This document shows positions 1-15,049 of a stretch of 64,000 bases of DNA, one piece after another. The DNA comes from Podarcis bocagei. Taxonomy: Eukaryota. A program made the position numbers and the translations under genes. Position 1 is the stretch's first letter. Each line of letters starts with the position of its first letter. The notes under the pieces were generated by a model. The model was not told the DNA's origin, did not search any database, and saw only the letters and a program-made list of their open reading frames with translations. Where the stretch lies: NCBI GenBank assembly GCA_964188305.1, contig OZ076900.1. One strand, written 5' to 3'.

Positions 1-197
1 TGCGGGTTTCCTACGTTTCCAAGGAACTGCTCACACAACTGCTGCCTATATTGCATTATCAAGCAGAGTTTTCTCCACGTGGCTTTTATTTCATTTTAAT
101 TTCTGTCAGTTTTTTGTTTCTTTTTAAATCTGAAGTGCGTGTGTGTTGGTTTTTTTTTTTTTTTCAACGCCATTCTGTCCTTTTTGTTCATTGACAG

Positions 198-269
198 GTA
201 TGGTTTCACTTTTCTAGGACAAGAAAATAACTTCATGAATGTACAGAACCGAAAAAAGGAAATCGAAAG
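198..269 (+). CDS. ATP11C: ATP11C exon ([24 protein letters not shown])
   Basis: ttgacag|G...AG|gtaggt; 72 nt, phase 2-2. Confidence 0.9.
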
Positions 270-3200
270 GTAGGTGCGACCGCGGCTAGGCCTCCCGATA
301 TCACACAAGGCAGCTGAAGCCTGATTAGGGAAACCCTAATACTGGGCGGTGGTGATGGAAATGATTGGCTCATTTCGAGGCATGGTTTTTTATTAAAAAA
401 ATTCACTCGCCTGCCTTGAATCTAGCGCCTGGTTCCCATTGCTGTTTTCCCACATTTCTGCTTCTGTTGAGCCATCGGGGCTGTGACAGATACCTGTTAG
501 AGCACTACAGAAATCAGCAGGTGTACCTGGGCTGCATCCCCCTTCCTCTTTTTTATATCGCTTAATTGAGGTGGGGCAGCTCCAGCCTTGCGTTTTGCAA
601 GTCTTCTCTGTGATCCTTGCCTGACGCTGTTGGCTCCACATTAGAATTCCAGAAGTACCAGCATCTTTTAAAACCCATCATTAATGTACTCAAAACAGTT
701 TTCTCTTTTTTGGGAGGGTGGGGGAGGCATCCTTAAGTGGGCTAAGGCTATTAAAGGAGCTGAAGGACAAGGGTTGGCTGGCTGCACGGCCAACAGTTGC
801 TCCTCCTGCTGCTTTTAGACATGCCCCCTTTCTTCCCAGAGGCCAGATAAGCATCCCTTAGGAGGGTGGATTTGACTTAGACACCCCTTTTCATTTACAC
901 AAGTTACAACCCCTAAATACCTTCATAATAGATACAGAGTGTTATCCTTTCCAGAGCAGCGGCTAACTGAAGCTTATGCAGGGCTCTTGTTTGATTCACT
1001 TGTGTAGGGTTTGAGTGTAATAAGTGGTTTGAGTTTCCCAGCCACCTTCCAAGACCCTAAATGCTCTTTGTCCTTCTTGCCTCAAAAGGTACGAACTGCT
1101 GAATGTTCTAGATTTTGATTGTGTCCGTCGCCGAATGAGTGTTCTCGTGAAATCGCACGATGGTGAGTTGAAGCTCTTTTCTCTCTTCACCATGAAATTT
1201 ATTATTTTGGCTTTTCCAGCAGCGGCCTGTTAGTTTAACTTCTTCACTGCTTTAAATAATAATCAATCTCTTTTCTTTTTCAAATAGTTTTTATTAAAGT
1301 TTTCAAATACACATTTCCACCATTAAATATCCACCATTATAATAATACATTCATTGACTTCCCTGCTTCCTCTTCCATGGGTCTTTTAATTTTCTCATAA
1401 TTAATGCATATTCTGTTAAAATCATTTAATCCCCCAATCGTATTTCCTCATTCTACATTACATTGTAGAGTTTACCTTAATCCTGTTAGCATTTTCACTT
1501 GTTTACTGTTATTTTCCATATATTCCACAAAAAAATTCCACTCCCCTTTATGGACGCGATCTTCTTGTTCTCTTATTTTACTGGTTAGGCCTGCGAACTC
1601 TGCATATTCTATCATTTTAAGTTGCCATTCCTCCTTCTTAGAGACCTCTCTCACGCTCCATTTCGGGGCTAACAAAGTCCAAGCTGCTGTAGTTGCATAC
1701 ATAAATAATTTTTTTCTGACTCATGGGTACCTCCATCTGAACTATTCCCGAAAGGAATGCTTCTGGTTTTGGGGGGAATGTTTTTTTAAAACTTGTTTTC
1801 ATCTCATAATATATCATTTCCCAATAATCTTTAACTATTTTGCACGACCACCACATATGAAAAAAATGTGGCTACTTCTTTACATTCCCAACACAAGTCA
1901 GATTAAGATTTATACATCTTGGCTAATCTACTCAGGGTTAAATACCCTCTATGTATCATTTTTATATGGTTTTCTTTCAATGTGTAGCATGAAGATCTTT
2001 CTTCCATAATTACTCCCAGAGATCAAATTCTGTGTTATGCCCTAGATCTCTCGTCCTACAAATTACTGATTATTTTACCCACCCATCCTTTTTCAAACTC
2101 TGTTTCTAGGAAGCATATACCTGTTCTGCAAGGGAGCAGACTCTGCAATTTTCCCCAGGGTCCCAGAAGCTGACGTCCAAAAAACAAGGATACATGTAGA
2201 ACGCAATGCAATGGTAAGAACACCGACTTTGACTGATGAGTTGTTTTGTTTTGTTCATAGAGAGAATGCATAGTCCAGAATCTTGGCATTTGGAAAATCA
2301 AATGCCGTTAAGCTTTGCCCAGATTGGCTGTTGATTTTTAACAGGGATCATGTTTGGACTAAAGTCCCAAAGGCTGGTGGCAGTGGCTCTTTCCACCAGC
2401 TCACCCTTTCAGGATCACCTTTACTGCTGACTCTCCAGGATAAATAGTGCAGAACTTGCAAGATCATAGCAATGGCCACCAACCTGGATAGCTTTAAGAG
2501 AGGGTTAGAGAAATTCATGGACAGAAAGGTTTTCAACAACTGCTAGAGGCAGTATGCAGTTGGATAACAGTTTTGGGGGAATCTGAGGAGGAGAGAGCAC
2601 AGTTGTCCCCAGGTCCCACTTGTGAGCTTCCCAAAGCCATTTGGTTTGGTTCTGCATTTTGTGATAGCGAATCCATTAGTACTAATGACATGAATCCTAT
2701 TTGCATCACAGTTGCTGTTCCCTTGGAGAAGGGGTGCTGTCTCCAAAAGAATTGCATCTTGGCTTGTGTGGTAGAAAACAACTGATGACTAAGGGTGATG
2801 TTAATTTGTAAAGGGGCGGGATTGGGCTCCCAATTGCCTATTCCTAATCAAATGTTTTAATGGGTTTCATATTGGTGGCCCCAACCTTAAACTTTTTAAA
2901 TTTTGTGCTGTTAAATGGGAGCCCCCAGCTTCAGTACAGTGGTACCTCTGGAAGCGAATAGGATCCGTTCTGGAGCCCCGTTCGCATCCTGAGCAGAACG
3001 CAACCCGCGTCTGCGCATGCACGGATCGTGATTCGCCACGTCTGTGCATGCTCGTGATGTCATTTTGAGCATCTGTGCATGCGCGAGCGGCGAAACCCGG
3101 AAGTAACCCATTCCGTTACTTCTGGGTTGCCACAGGACACAACCTGAAAACATTCAACCCGAAGCTACTTTAACCTGAGGTATGACTGTATTCTGAACAC

Positions 3201-6200
3201 TGGCTGGGGAGCAGCGGCAAGTAAGGCCTGTTGATGTAATGCCTTGTATCTGGCTGGCCACTGTGGGAAACGGGACGCTGGACTCTTTATTGGCCTTGCT
3301 TATTCTGTGGATAATAAACTTCTTTTCCATTGTGGAACACAAGCTGGTGTGCATGGGGTTCCCAGGTTGTCTCCTGAACCCAGGCACTGACTAGACCTGC
3401 ATCTGCTCAGCTCCAGCAAGGTGGCTACCCCCCTTACCCACCTCATACTTTTAGACAAGGTCTTGGAACTCAGTGAATCTCTTGGTCTGATCCCACAAGA
3501 CTCTTAGGTTTTTGAGCACCTGAAGGGTCACTCTACTTCTACCAACTACACTTAGCATCAGTGGATTTACTGCAAGGAATGCTCTAAGAATCATGGCCGT
3601 CAAACCATGACCCAGCAATCTTTTTAAGGCAGCTTTGAGAGGCTACCTATGACCAGCGGCCCAGCAGGTTGAGTCTGGGGTTTTTTGCAGGTGCCTGCGA
3701 GCAACTGAACCCTTCTGTTCTAGAGGGAAGTTGGGTGGGAGACCTGAGGTTTAGAAAAATGCACTCCCTTGCTTGTTTTTTTAGGATGGGTATCGAACTC
3801 TCTGTGTGGCCTACAAAGAAATATCTCACTATGATTACCACATAATTGATACCCGGGTTAAGGAAGCGACGATGGCGCTACAGGACCGGGAAGCAAAGAT
3901 GGCCCAGGTTTTCGACGATATTGAGAGGAACATGCATTTGATTGGGTCCACTGCTGTGGAAGACAAGTAAGTGTCCCAGGAAAAGAAATGTGACCTCCGC
4001 AACTTGGAAAAGGAGATTGGGTGATGTTTTTGTCCCTGCCTTTCATCACAAGATCCCAAGGCAGGCTACATATATATGGTTAAACGCCAAGGTAAAGAGT
4101 GCATCCATACAGCTCCACCACATGACTGAGAACCCAGATGTGCCTAGGCACATCCCCCTCCATGTGTGTTGGCCTCCTTTCACATTTTATGGGAGTGCAT
4201 TGTGAACATGCACGACCCCGCTTCTTTCATGCGCTCACTGAATGTGGGGTGGCTGGCTCTCCTACATAGCCCTGTTGTGGTTCTGCCAACCAGTTTAGAA
4301 TGCCAGCTAGCCAGAAGAGCACCTTGCTGAATATTATCACCAAATGCCACCGGTGGAAAAATAATGCCAGTGAGGAAGCTTGCCACAGGGCTTGAACTTA
4401 GGGACCAGAGGGACACTGTAGCATGGAGGTGTCAGTGCACCAGTAGGCTTTGATCTCTGTTGCCTGTCTGAGCAACTTCAGAACCTGTCCTCCTCTTTCA
4501 GCTCTCCTCTGCCTTTTTCCTTCTCAGCCATACAGTGCCCAGCTGCTCTCCTGATAGCCTTATGTCAGATTTTTGTGGTGGCCTCGGGACTAAAGGGGTA
4601 GCAAATGTAGTTTGCATGCAGAAGGTCACAGGTTCAATCCCAGGAATCTCCGTTTGAAGTGATCAGGGACCAGGTGACAAGGAAGACGTTTCTGTGCCTG
4701 AGACTCCTGTAGAACTTCTGCCGGTCAGAGTAGGCAGTACTGAATCACATGGACCAACAGTCTAACCCTAAGGCAGTTCTTATATTCCTACTGCCTGCCT
4801 AGAAAGTAAGTAAAATCAGAAATCAGCCCCTGAACTGTTAGAACAGAAGGGAGAGTGAATTATTCTGGAAAATATACAGTTGTCTTTTCTTTTTTTGTAA
4901 TAGTGGAATTGTTGACTGGAAAATGCCTTATCTTCTCTTTCTCATCCCCACCAGTTTTACTGGGTTCCAATTCATTAATTAATGGTTGTGAGGGTGTCAT
5001 TATCTCTCTCCTGTATCCTTTTTTACCCATTACGAATTCTGGATCATTTAAAAAAAGAAAAGAAAATTGTAGAGGGGAAAGAACATTTTGGCACACCAGC
5101 TGTTTCGTTTGATAAGCGAAAGGTGTCTCTGCCCGTAGGCTCCAGGACTTTGCTGCTGAAACCATTGAGGCCATGCACACCGCGGGCATGAAGATCTGGG
5201 TGCTGACAGGGGACAAGCTGGAGACGGCTCAGGCCACCTGCTATGCCTGCAAACTCTTCCAGACCAACACGGAGTTGCTGCACCTGACAGCCAAAATCAT
5301 GGAAGGGGAAGACCGGAAGGAGGACCGGCTGCACGAGCTGCTCGTGGATTATCACAAGAAGCTGGTGAGCGACGTGCCCCCAAATGCAAAGAGGTAAGTG
5401 TCAAACAGGCAGCTTCTAAGGGTCTGTGGACAGGCAGCCCTGAGATAACTTTGCAGCCAAAGAGGAGAGACTGGACTTTGTTCAGCCAAGGGCATTCTGT
5501 AGTCGATTATTTTCCAGAAGTGCTCTGGAATGCAACCAGTTTTAACCTTTAGCACTATTTGCTGGTGACTACAGATTAAGTTTCTTTTAAAGAGTGCCCA
5601 GACTTTGAAATAAAGTTCACTCCTGTGTACCTCAAGGCTGCCACCATGCCTCTGTTATCCCTCCTCTGTTGGCACCTGGCTGGCTGCTGTGAGAAATGGA
5701 TGCTCGACTGGGTGGGCCGCTGGCCTTGATCCATGAGGCTTGTCTTATGATGTTCTTTTCCCTGTATTGGTTCCTTCCTGATTTCCCTCACCCCACAACT
5801 TGCAACAAACTCCAACAATCACTGTTGGCAAGTTTGCTGCAGATGGAAATTGGGAGATCATACCAGGGCAAGTAGACAGTAGCTAGATCCCATGTCCCTT
5901 GACCTTTCATTCCATGGATATTGTACTAGGATGCTCCTGTCTCCGAATCTTCTCCAAACCCCTAGGACATGCACACAGAAATAAATCATGCAAATATTTA
6001 GTTGATCTGGCTGGTTTCTTCCAACTGTCTTTAACACCAGAGCGTTCTGCTAAGGGATGGGTGATAGAGGTCATGGGGGGGGGGGGCGGCAGTGGGAAGC
6101 AAAGGGTGAGTTAGCAGGAATGTGACTGCAGAGGATTGCAGTAGGGAAGATGAAGAATGTCAGCGGTACACTTTCAAATTCCAAACAGTTAAACAGGCTC

Positions 6201-9200
6201 AGCACAAAGTCTAGAGTCCATGGCAGTTCTTTTTCCAAAACTCTTCCAGATACCCAGTAAAAAAACTAGGAGCCATTTGAGCAACAGCAGCTTAACAACT
6301 GTCCCCAGAGTAGCTTACTTGAAGGGTTGCAACTCAGAGCTAGAGCATCAGATTTGCATTTGAAAGGTCCTATGTTTGATCCCTGCCATCTCCAGATAAG
6401 GGGGTGGGGGAACCAGCATGAAACCCTGGAGGGAGCCCCTGCCACTCAGTATAGACAAGAGGCAGTTATGTCCACAGCAAAAAGCAAAAGTCCACATCCT
6501 TTTGTTCCATTATGTATGCAGTAGTGAAAACAGATAATGCAACCAAAGGCACACAGCTTCCTGTTTTAGCTGCTGTTAATTTCGGCTTTCTGATTATTTA
6601 GCTGTCTGTCTTGTAGTGCCTTGTGCCAAAGCAGCAGCTGCCCTTATCTTCTTCCAGGATCTATGTCAGGAGAGGTGTATTTAATTATTGCAAGGCTTGT
6701 TGTCTTCTGTTTTAGAAGCTGGACACTAAGTCACGAGTATGGACTGGTTATCGACGGTGCCACCCTGGCCCTGATACTTAACCCTTCCCAAGATTCACGT
6801 TCCGGCCACTACAAAAGCATCTTCCTCCAGATCTGCCTGAAGTGTACAGCAGTCTTATGTTGTCGGATGGCTCCCTTGCAGAAAGCGCAGGTGTGTGTGT
6901 GATGCAGGGCCTTTGACCAACAAGAGAACCACTGGCACTCGCCCTGTGGAACGCCCTCCCACCAGATGTCAAAGAGAACAACAACTACCAAACTTTTAGA
7001 AGACATCTAAAGGCTGCCCTGTTTAGGGAAGCATTACTGTATTTTAATATTTGGTTGGAAGCCGCCCAGAGTGGCTGGGGAAGCCCAGCCAGATGGGCGG
7101 GGTACAAATAAGAAATTGTTGTTGTTGTTGTTGTTTTAACTGCTATGTTTACACACCTCTTTACCCTGGCCTTTGGCCCTGAGAGGAGTGTTGTGTTTTA
7201 GGACCCACCAGTTTGCAGTTTTTTAAAAACTGCTTTCACTACTGAATTTCAGATTGCTGAAATGCATCTCTGACTTGCTGTTGAAGGGCATGATATGACA
7301 TTCTGTCTTGCTCTTGTTATTTATTGGTTGCAAGCCGCTTTGGGATTCATTTGAATGAAAAGTGGCATCTAATAAACCAAATCAAAAGGTGATAAAGGTG
7401 AAGACAACGACGGGCAGGTAATAAATATTAACAGTAATAGGGTTGTATGTTTGACGACGATTGATAATAAATTACCTCACCTGGATAACAAACAGGAGTT
7501 GTAGAAGTAAATTCTCACCAGGCAACTGACTTGTAGCGCAGCAGGACTTTTTTTGGGGGGGTTGTGGCATCTTTTCCTGTTGGGTCTCAAGTCCAAACCC
7601 ATCCCCCCCTTTTGCGCTACACTAAATGTAATGCTCGTGAGCAACACAAGAGAGGTTCATGGACTTTGCTCCTTTTTCCTTCTCGGTCTGCCTTCATTGC
7701 TTCTCTTATGCCCATTTAGATTGTCCGGATGGTTAAGTGTTCGAAGGGCAGCCCAATAACCCTGGCGGTGGGAGATGGGGCCAACGACGTCAGCATGATC
7801 TTGGAAGCTCATGTGGGCATAGGTGAGGCATATCTTGAAGCGCATAGCTTTGGGCAACTATTTGGGGTATTCTTGTCTTGCAGGGTGAGTGGGGGAGAAA
7901 TCTAAGAGTGTGGGGAGCATGATAGAAGTGTACGTATGGCAGGGGGGGAGGAAGAGCAACTGGGGTTTTTATACAGGACGTATTGGCCAGGGATCTCCTC
8001 ACCCACCAATTCTTCCATCTCTGCTTCCAGGTATCAAAGGTAAAGAGGGCCGCCAAGCAGCCCGGAACAGTGACTACGCCATCCCAAAGTTTAAAGACTT
8101 GAAAAAATTGCTGTTGGCTCATGGGCATTTGTACTACGTGAGAATCTCACACCTTGTACAGTATTTCTTCTACAAGGTAATGGGCTTCATCTGCTTGGAG
8201 GGCGCATTTAGTCACTTCCCAATCATTGGTTAATCCCAAGATGAACTGCTGGTGGGCTTCAGGGAAGGTGGAAATTCCGAAGCCCTGATCCTAGATGAGT
8301 GGCCCACGGCACCCTTCCTGGCTCACGGATATGTCGGTTCTTCCTGGCCTCTTCTGTCCTTCAGCCACTCCTGGCTTTGCAGTCCCATAGCTGAGCGATG
8401 GAGCAAGTGTTTCGCACGCTGGAAGCCCACAATTCAATCCCCGACACACACACACACACCCCAGTTTAAACTATGAGCTAGCAGGTGATGAGAAAGGTCT
8501 CTGCTTGAGACCATTGAGAGCTACTGCCACCCAAAGTGGACAGTATTGGGCTAGGCTTGCAAACAGTTTGACCTGGTATAGAAGACTGCTTCCTATGTCC
8601 TGTCTTACCATGGTTGTTGGTATGCATGCCGAGGGAGGAGGTGTGTGTTAGTGGGTTGGCAGTTGGCCAACAAAGACCTCTGTTTGTATTGCCATGGGTG
8701 GGTGTACAGGCTAGGGCCATCTCAATCACTGCACCATTGTGACAGAATTCCCTTCCAAGAGAGGCTGGCCATTTGGTCTTCCAGCGTACTGAAAATATAT
8801 GACTCTTCTGTAGAGCATTCGTGGGCAGGAAAATTGGCAGTAAGCATGTGATGCAGTGCACACAAACACACACACACACCTCCCTGAAATAAATAAGGCT
8901 CTTCTGAATTTGTTGTTTTATGTTTGTGATTGTGATTTTTAAATTTGTTTTATTGAGTTGTAGCCTTTAAAAGACTGCTGAGATCCAGGGGGCTGGACTA
9001 GATAACCCTCAGGATCTATAGAAGACAAAACAAGTGGCACAAAAAAAGAAGCCGCTCACTTTGTGATGCTGGGGGCAAGCTGCGCACTCTCAGTCTAACC
9101 TACATACAAGCCTGTCTCCCTCCCCACTCCAAGGATAAAATGGGATCACCTGCATATATGCCACCCTGTGCCTCCTGGGAGGGAGGGCAAAACACGTTGC

Positions 9201-12200
9201 TGCTCTTTTGAAGTGAGGATTTGGAGCAGAGCTTTGTCAGCAAATCTGAAAAGGGCAAGAACGGTTTTGTGAGGATAGCTGTTTCTAATGCAGTGGGTCC
9301 CCAGTGCTCTCTGCTGTATAAATTAAAATAAATTAATAAAGTGCTTAGGTCTCCCAAGTAACATGGCTTTTGCTTTTCTGTTTCATTTTTAGAATCTTTG
9401 CTTCATTTTCCCACAATTTTTGTACCAGTTCTTCTGTGGCTTTTCACAACAGGTAGGTTGCTGCTATCGGTGATGACTTTGTGAGCCGAATCGCGACTCA
9501 CAGTTTGGGCTGAAGTTCTAGGCTTGCTAATTTTTTATTATGGTGCTACCTCCTTTTCTGCGACCAGAATTCTCAGACTGCTTGTTTTTATCGAATTACG
9601 TAAAGCTATTTTGTTCCTTTCAGTGCTTGCTAGAGAAAAATGCTCTTTTCTCCCACCTGTTCCATACGCATTGCCTAGGCTTGCGCCCTGGAGGACCACT
9701 TAGGTGTTTCAGTTGCAGCAAAGACAGCACAGGAGGCACCTTTTACTTCAGTTGGATTTCCAGATAGATGCAGATATATATGGTGAAGGGATGAGTGACC
9801 TTCCATCCTACGCTAGGGCAGGAGTTGGGATAAAGGTCCAGTGGAAAGATGGCTGGCTCCTTTGTGTGTCTTCTCTTGTTCTGCTCTGTAAACCAGACAG
9901 CTTTGGACCACCCTCTACCATTCTTCCACTCCTGCTTTTATTTCTTAATGCACCCCTTGCAAAATGCAGAAACATAGGCACTTGCCAATCGAGCTAACGA
10001 CCTTCGCCAGGAACACTCCTGTGCTGGAGGTTTTTAAAGAAAGGACTTCGCAAGGGGCAGGGGCAGGCGGGGAGTTCCATTGTGCAAAAAAGCCCTTGAA
10101 GCCATCTGGGTGGGCAGCTTTTTAAATTAATCAAAAGTGAAACTGTTTGGCAGCTGTCACCGTCATAGCAAGTAAGCGTCTGCAACTTCTGTCTAACGGT
10201 TTGGTTTCCTGCCCTTTGCACCTCAAGATGTTTTCCGTGGTACGTGAAACCCACTTCTAACCCCTGTTTGCGGAATTGCTGGCTCGTCTCCAGAGGCTCA
10301 CAAACTACTCGGTGTTCCTTGAAACCAGACTTTGGGATATATTGAATGAGTACAATGTCCAGTTTCTCGAGTGTTCCATTCAAGCACTGGTTTTGCCGTA
10401 ACCAATTCTGCTAATGAGCTGAACCCCCTCGCTTTGAATGCAGCTGTTCTCCATAAGCCTGCTTCCTTTGACTCTCCTCTTTTCTCCCTCTTTGGCTTGT
10501 GGTTACTCCCCCCCCCCCCCCGGCAACAGTTCAATTTTGTGTTTGGTGTAGAAGTTCAGAGTGAGGTTATGCTTGAGTTTACAGTTCTACGAAGTGCAGG
10601 ATTTGCCTTTGCATCCCATGTTCCTTCTGGCTGAGTAGGGCTCAGCCCTCTTTTTGAAACTGTAACATTGCATTACGACTGTGATCTCTTGCAAACCAGA
10701 AGTCCAGAATGGCATGTTGACAGCCTAAAGCGAGCAGGAAGTGTGCCCCAAAACTGCATAAAAGCTTTCCCCACCACAATCAAGTGCAGTTTGCTAAACC
10801 TGAGGTTCAGTTGCCTCTTGAAGCCGTAGGGGAGGCTGCTGCAGCGGGCAGCATCATGAGTATTTTGGAGAGGGCAGGAGCAAACAACGCCGCTGCTTTC
10901 TCCTCCTGACTCCCCTTCTCCCTTCCTTGTCTTTTTAAGCCTCTCTATGATGCTGCTTACCTTACCATGTTCAACATCTGCTTTACATCTATGCCAATCG
11001 TGGCCTACAGTCTGCTGGAGCAACACGTCCCTATTGACACTCTGATGGCCTTCCCAAAACTATACCTGTAAGTAACCATCAGCACTTTTTCTGTTTTATC
11101 TGCCTTTGGCTGCTGGTGACAGAAGTTGAGCTGGATTGTGGACAGGGATTCAGCACTCCCTTCCCTCTGCTTGTAGCCTTAAGCAGCCAACTCCACTCCC
11201 AGGTGCAATGTTTTGATTTGCTTTTCTTTGTTTATGGCATTTATATCCCACTCTTTATCAGCAGTGACAGCAAGCCCTGCTGGAGTCAGCTGGGCTGCTG
11301 AGTCCCCCATGGGGAGAATTCCATAGTTCAGCCGCCCTCCCACTAAAGAAAGCAGGGCTTGACGTCAGTTCTGCTCAGCTTGGGTCTCTGCCTGCTGTGC
11401 AGCTTTGGCTCAAGCTGCACTATAAATGAAGAATTAGTTACCTGATATTATGGTCACCTCCAGTGATTGACAGGTGGGCAGAGTGCCCGTCAGGGGTCAG
11501 TGTCATGAGCTCCTCAGCTCCATCGGGGTTGGGGTCAGGTTGGCAGATCCTGACACGAGCAGGAAGAAACTGGGGTGGTGGTGCTCATTTTGGGGGAGCA
11601 TGGCCGGTGGGGAGGCTCTCCCCAATGTGCCTCAACTTCCCCCTGCTTCAGAAAGGGGAAGCAAGGATGCTGGTTCCTCCCGGACAACCTCCAGGGGGAG
11701 AACAGAGAACCCCAGTGGAGCACTTGTTTTCAATTCGGGCATTCTCACAAAATCAGCAAGTCGCACCTTTGCAGCTTGGGACAGTTGCTTCCTTGCAGAT
11801 CTTGCCTGATTCCTGAACTTCTGAATTGTGAAGAATTTTTTTTAGACCAGTGCTTGTGGGTCTTTTGACTACCCTGACTCAGGGTGCTTTCAGAAAGTTC
11901 TGACTGCAACGAGGATTGCGCCGTTACCCAGATTCCCAGTTCCAGCAATTAATACCTTCTGGTTCCCTTCAGTGGGCTGTTGCTTCTCAGTCTTCACCAC
12001 TGTCACAAACCAGGGGAGGATTGGTGCTGCTGGAAGCTGTCTCTCCACCTCTCCCTGAGCTGTACAGCAACAGATGCTTAGCCTCGCATCTGTGGAGTGC
12101 TCTGCTAACCTGCTCCAGCAAATGAAAATCTTCCTCTGGCCCTGGTCCAGCAAGCCAGCTGTTGTTATCCGTATTGGGTGCTTGATGCTAGTGTAAACAT

Positions 12201-14025
12201 CCTTGTTTGCATCCAAAGGATTTGTGTATGTAGCAAAAGGCTGGGCGGGGGCTTGTTGGGGCCACGGAAGCAGAGTTGCTCCAGAATGGGACTAACCACC
12301 CCTGCCCCACTTCTCCCTCTGCCAAGCGCCTCAGCATTCCCCTCTGCCACTATTTATAACTTGATAGGAGCTTGTTGAGCTCCTGTGCTTGCCCGGCAGT
12401 CATAATTGCATGAGCAGAGTAAGGAAAACAAGCTAATTGCAAAAGATGAGATGGCCTTGCTTTGAATATTCATCAGCTGAAAATGTGTCCCTGAATACAA
12501 AGCGGTTTTGCAGGCTGCTGCCTTTTTCAGCTCTCCCATTTTCTGCTCTGCTACTTAGGCAGTTTATCACTGCTGTTTGGGCAGGCGGGATGGTCCGACA
12601 GCAGAATCCCAGGCGGGGCTTGCAACAGTGGGCTCCCTATGGTTTCTCAGTGGGATAGTTAGCCCTGCCATCATTACGGTCTGTCCTGAAGCACATTCCC
12701 TTTCCTAAATCTTAGTTCAGCTCTGCCTGGTTTGGCTTTGTCTGTGAAACGGCGTTGCTGTAGCAGGTGGGAGGGGCTTTTGCCCAGCCTGCTATTACAA
12801 TAGGCCCTGCGTTATCAAAACAACACGAGAGGGAAGGTAGCCTCGCCTTTCTCTGCGTCATGCACATTTCCAGAAGTAAAACATTCCTGATCATGGCCCT
12901 GTCAAAGCTAAGCACTTTTAAACCCCATTGATTCTTTCAGAGGGAGGTACTTAACCACGTGCCCAATTCAGTGGGGCCCAAACGTGCTTGACTTCATACC
13001 ATACCATTCCAATTTCATATATCCCAAGGCCCATATCACCCTTCGTGGTAGTGGTGCCCTCCCTGTGGAACACCCTCCCTTCAGATGTCAAGGAGATCAA
13101 GAACTACACAACTTTTAGAAGACATCTGAAAGCAGCCATGTATCTGGAGGTTTTTAATGCTTGATGTCTTGCTGTGTTGCTGTGTTGCTTCATGTTACGT
13201 TCTTTCAGGTTACGTCCCGCGGCGACCTGGAAGTACCAGAAAGGGTTACTTCCGGGTTTTGCCGCTTGTGCATGCGCAGAAGCGCAAAATGACGTCATGT
13301 GCAGAAGCAGCAAGTTGCAACCTGTGCATGCGCAGATGCGCTGCTGCGGGTTGCGCTCTTTTCATGTTGCGAAGGGCCTCCAGAACGGATCCCGTTCGCA
13401 ACCAGAGGTACCACTGTATTTGGTTGGAGGCTGCCCAGAGTGACCGGGGCAACCCAGCCAGATGAGCGAGGTAGAAATAAAACAACAACAACAACAACAT
13501 ATAATAAGATGAGCTGGGGTAGTTGTAGCAGAACAGCTGGAATTGGGAAGGGAACAGTATTTAAAGGGGGGGTGAGGGGAGCTTGATCCCCACAAGAATT
13601 GGTCTGCTATTTATTGTATAACAAAGAAATATGAAAGACTAATTGTGTTAGCTCATCTTTGCTATTGTAATAGCCATATTTGCATGCCATCTGCTGTGCA
13701 GCAAGAGGCCGTGGCTCAGCAGTAGCTGTGTGCAGGTATGTGAAAGTTAAAAGGAGACGATGGGAGAGACCCTTCCTCTGGTGAGATCGTGGAGAGCAGT
13801 TGTCAGAGAAGACGAGGCGGACACTGATGGTCGGCTGCTGCCTGGGCCAAATCCTGCTGCTGTCCCACTGCATTCCTTGCATTCCCTTTTCAGTCTTTTC
13901 AAGAACTCTCTTTTGGAAAGAGAGTGTGTTTCAAGTCCAGTAGAGGGAGCCCATGTCTTACGTTCCTCAAAGGAATGATAAGGACAGAGCATTAAAGCAG
14001 TTTGAGGTATCAGATCTGTGTTTTG

Positions 14026-14094
<69 letters not shown>

Positions 14095-14997
14095 TATTAA
14101 TTAAGCCACCAGAGCAATACAGCTAGAGTAGTTCGGACATTTTCCTCACTTCTTTTTGGAGCGTGTGGTTGGCTAAAAGATGATTCTGTCGGGCCAAACA
14201 AAAGAAGAGCAAGACTCAGACTGGGCAGAGAATAAGTACTGAAACGGAATGACAAACTGTGGAGAGAAGTGTCTGAAAGTTATACAGTCACCTTGTTACT
14301 GTCTTTGCAAATTAACTCTTCTTGTTTCTTTTTATAACCTGCTAGTCTTACGCATCCTTCTTTTCCACTTCTAACGCAGGAAGGGGATTTCATAGATTTT
14401 ATTTATTGTATTTTTTTAATCCTATGTTCCCTCTACAGAGCTCAAGGTTCTCCCCCTCGCCAAATAAAATGTATCTTTACAACAACCCTGTGAGGTTGCA
14501 TGGTTGTGTAGGGATTGTGCTGCTGTTGTAATCTTCAAGGTCACCTTTTGGTCTCCTGTCTGCTTTGAGGCCCCGCAGAACACCATCTGGCAATTGCGTA
14601 CGTGCACACACACACACACACACACCCCTTCTTGCTTTTCGTGAACACAGTTTTAAACCCTTTTCTTTCTGTTACATTTTCCTTGGCAGGAACGTTTCCG
14701 ACAACGCCATGTTGCAGTTGAAACCTTTCATATACTGGACCCTCCTGGGCCTTTTTGACGGCTGTGTGTTTTTCTTTGGGACTTACTTTTTTTTCATGAA
14801 CTCTTCTATAGAGAACAACGGAAAGGTAAGAGGAACAAAGCCTTTTAAACCAACAATCAGGCTGTGCCTGGAGTTGCTGAATGGTGCAACTCATTCCACG
14901 CACCCACGGGCTCATCAGATGTGTGTATCTAAAAGAGCGTGCCCCTGTCGTGCAGGAAACCACTTTTGAAACTGTGTGATTGTGGCAGGAAATGTTT

Positions 14998-15049
<52 letters not shown>

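Noticed and set aside
11501-12007. Possible solo LTR with TG...CA ends (a similar candidate lies at ~22550-22965)
   Set aside because: No TSD and no second copy in the window; cannot be supported without a repeat library.
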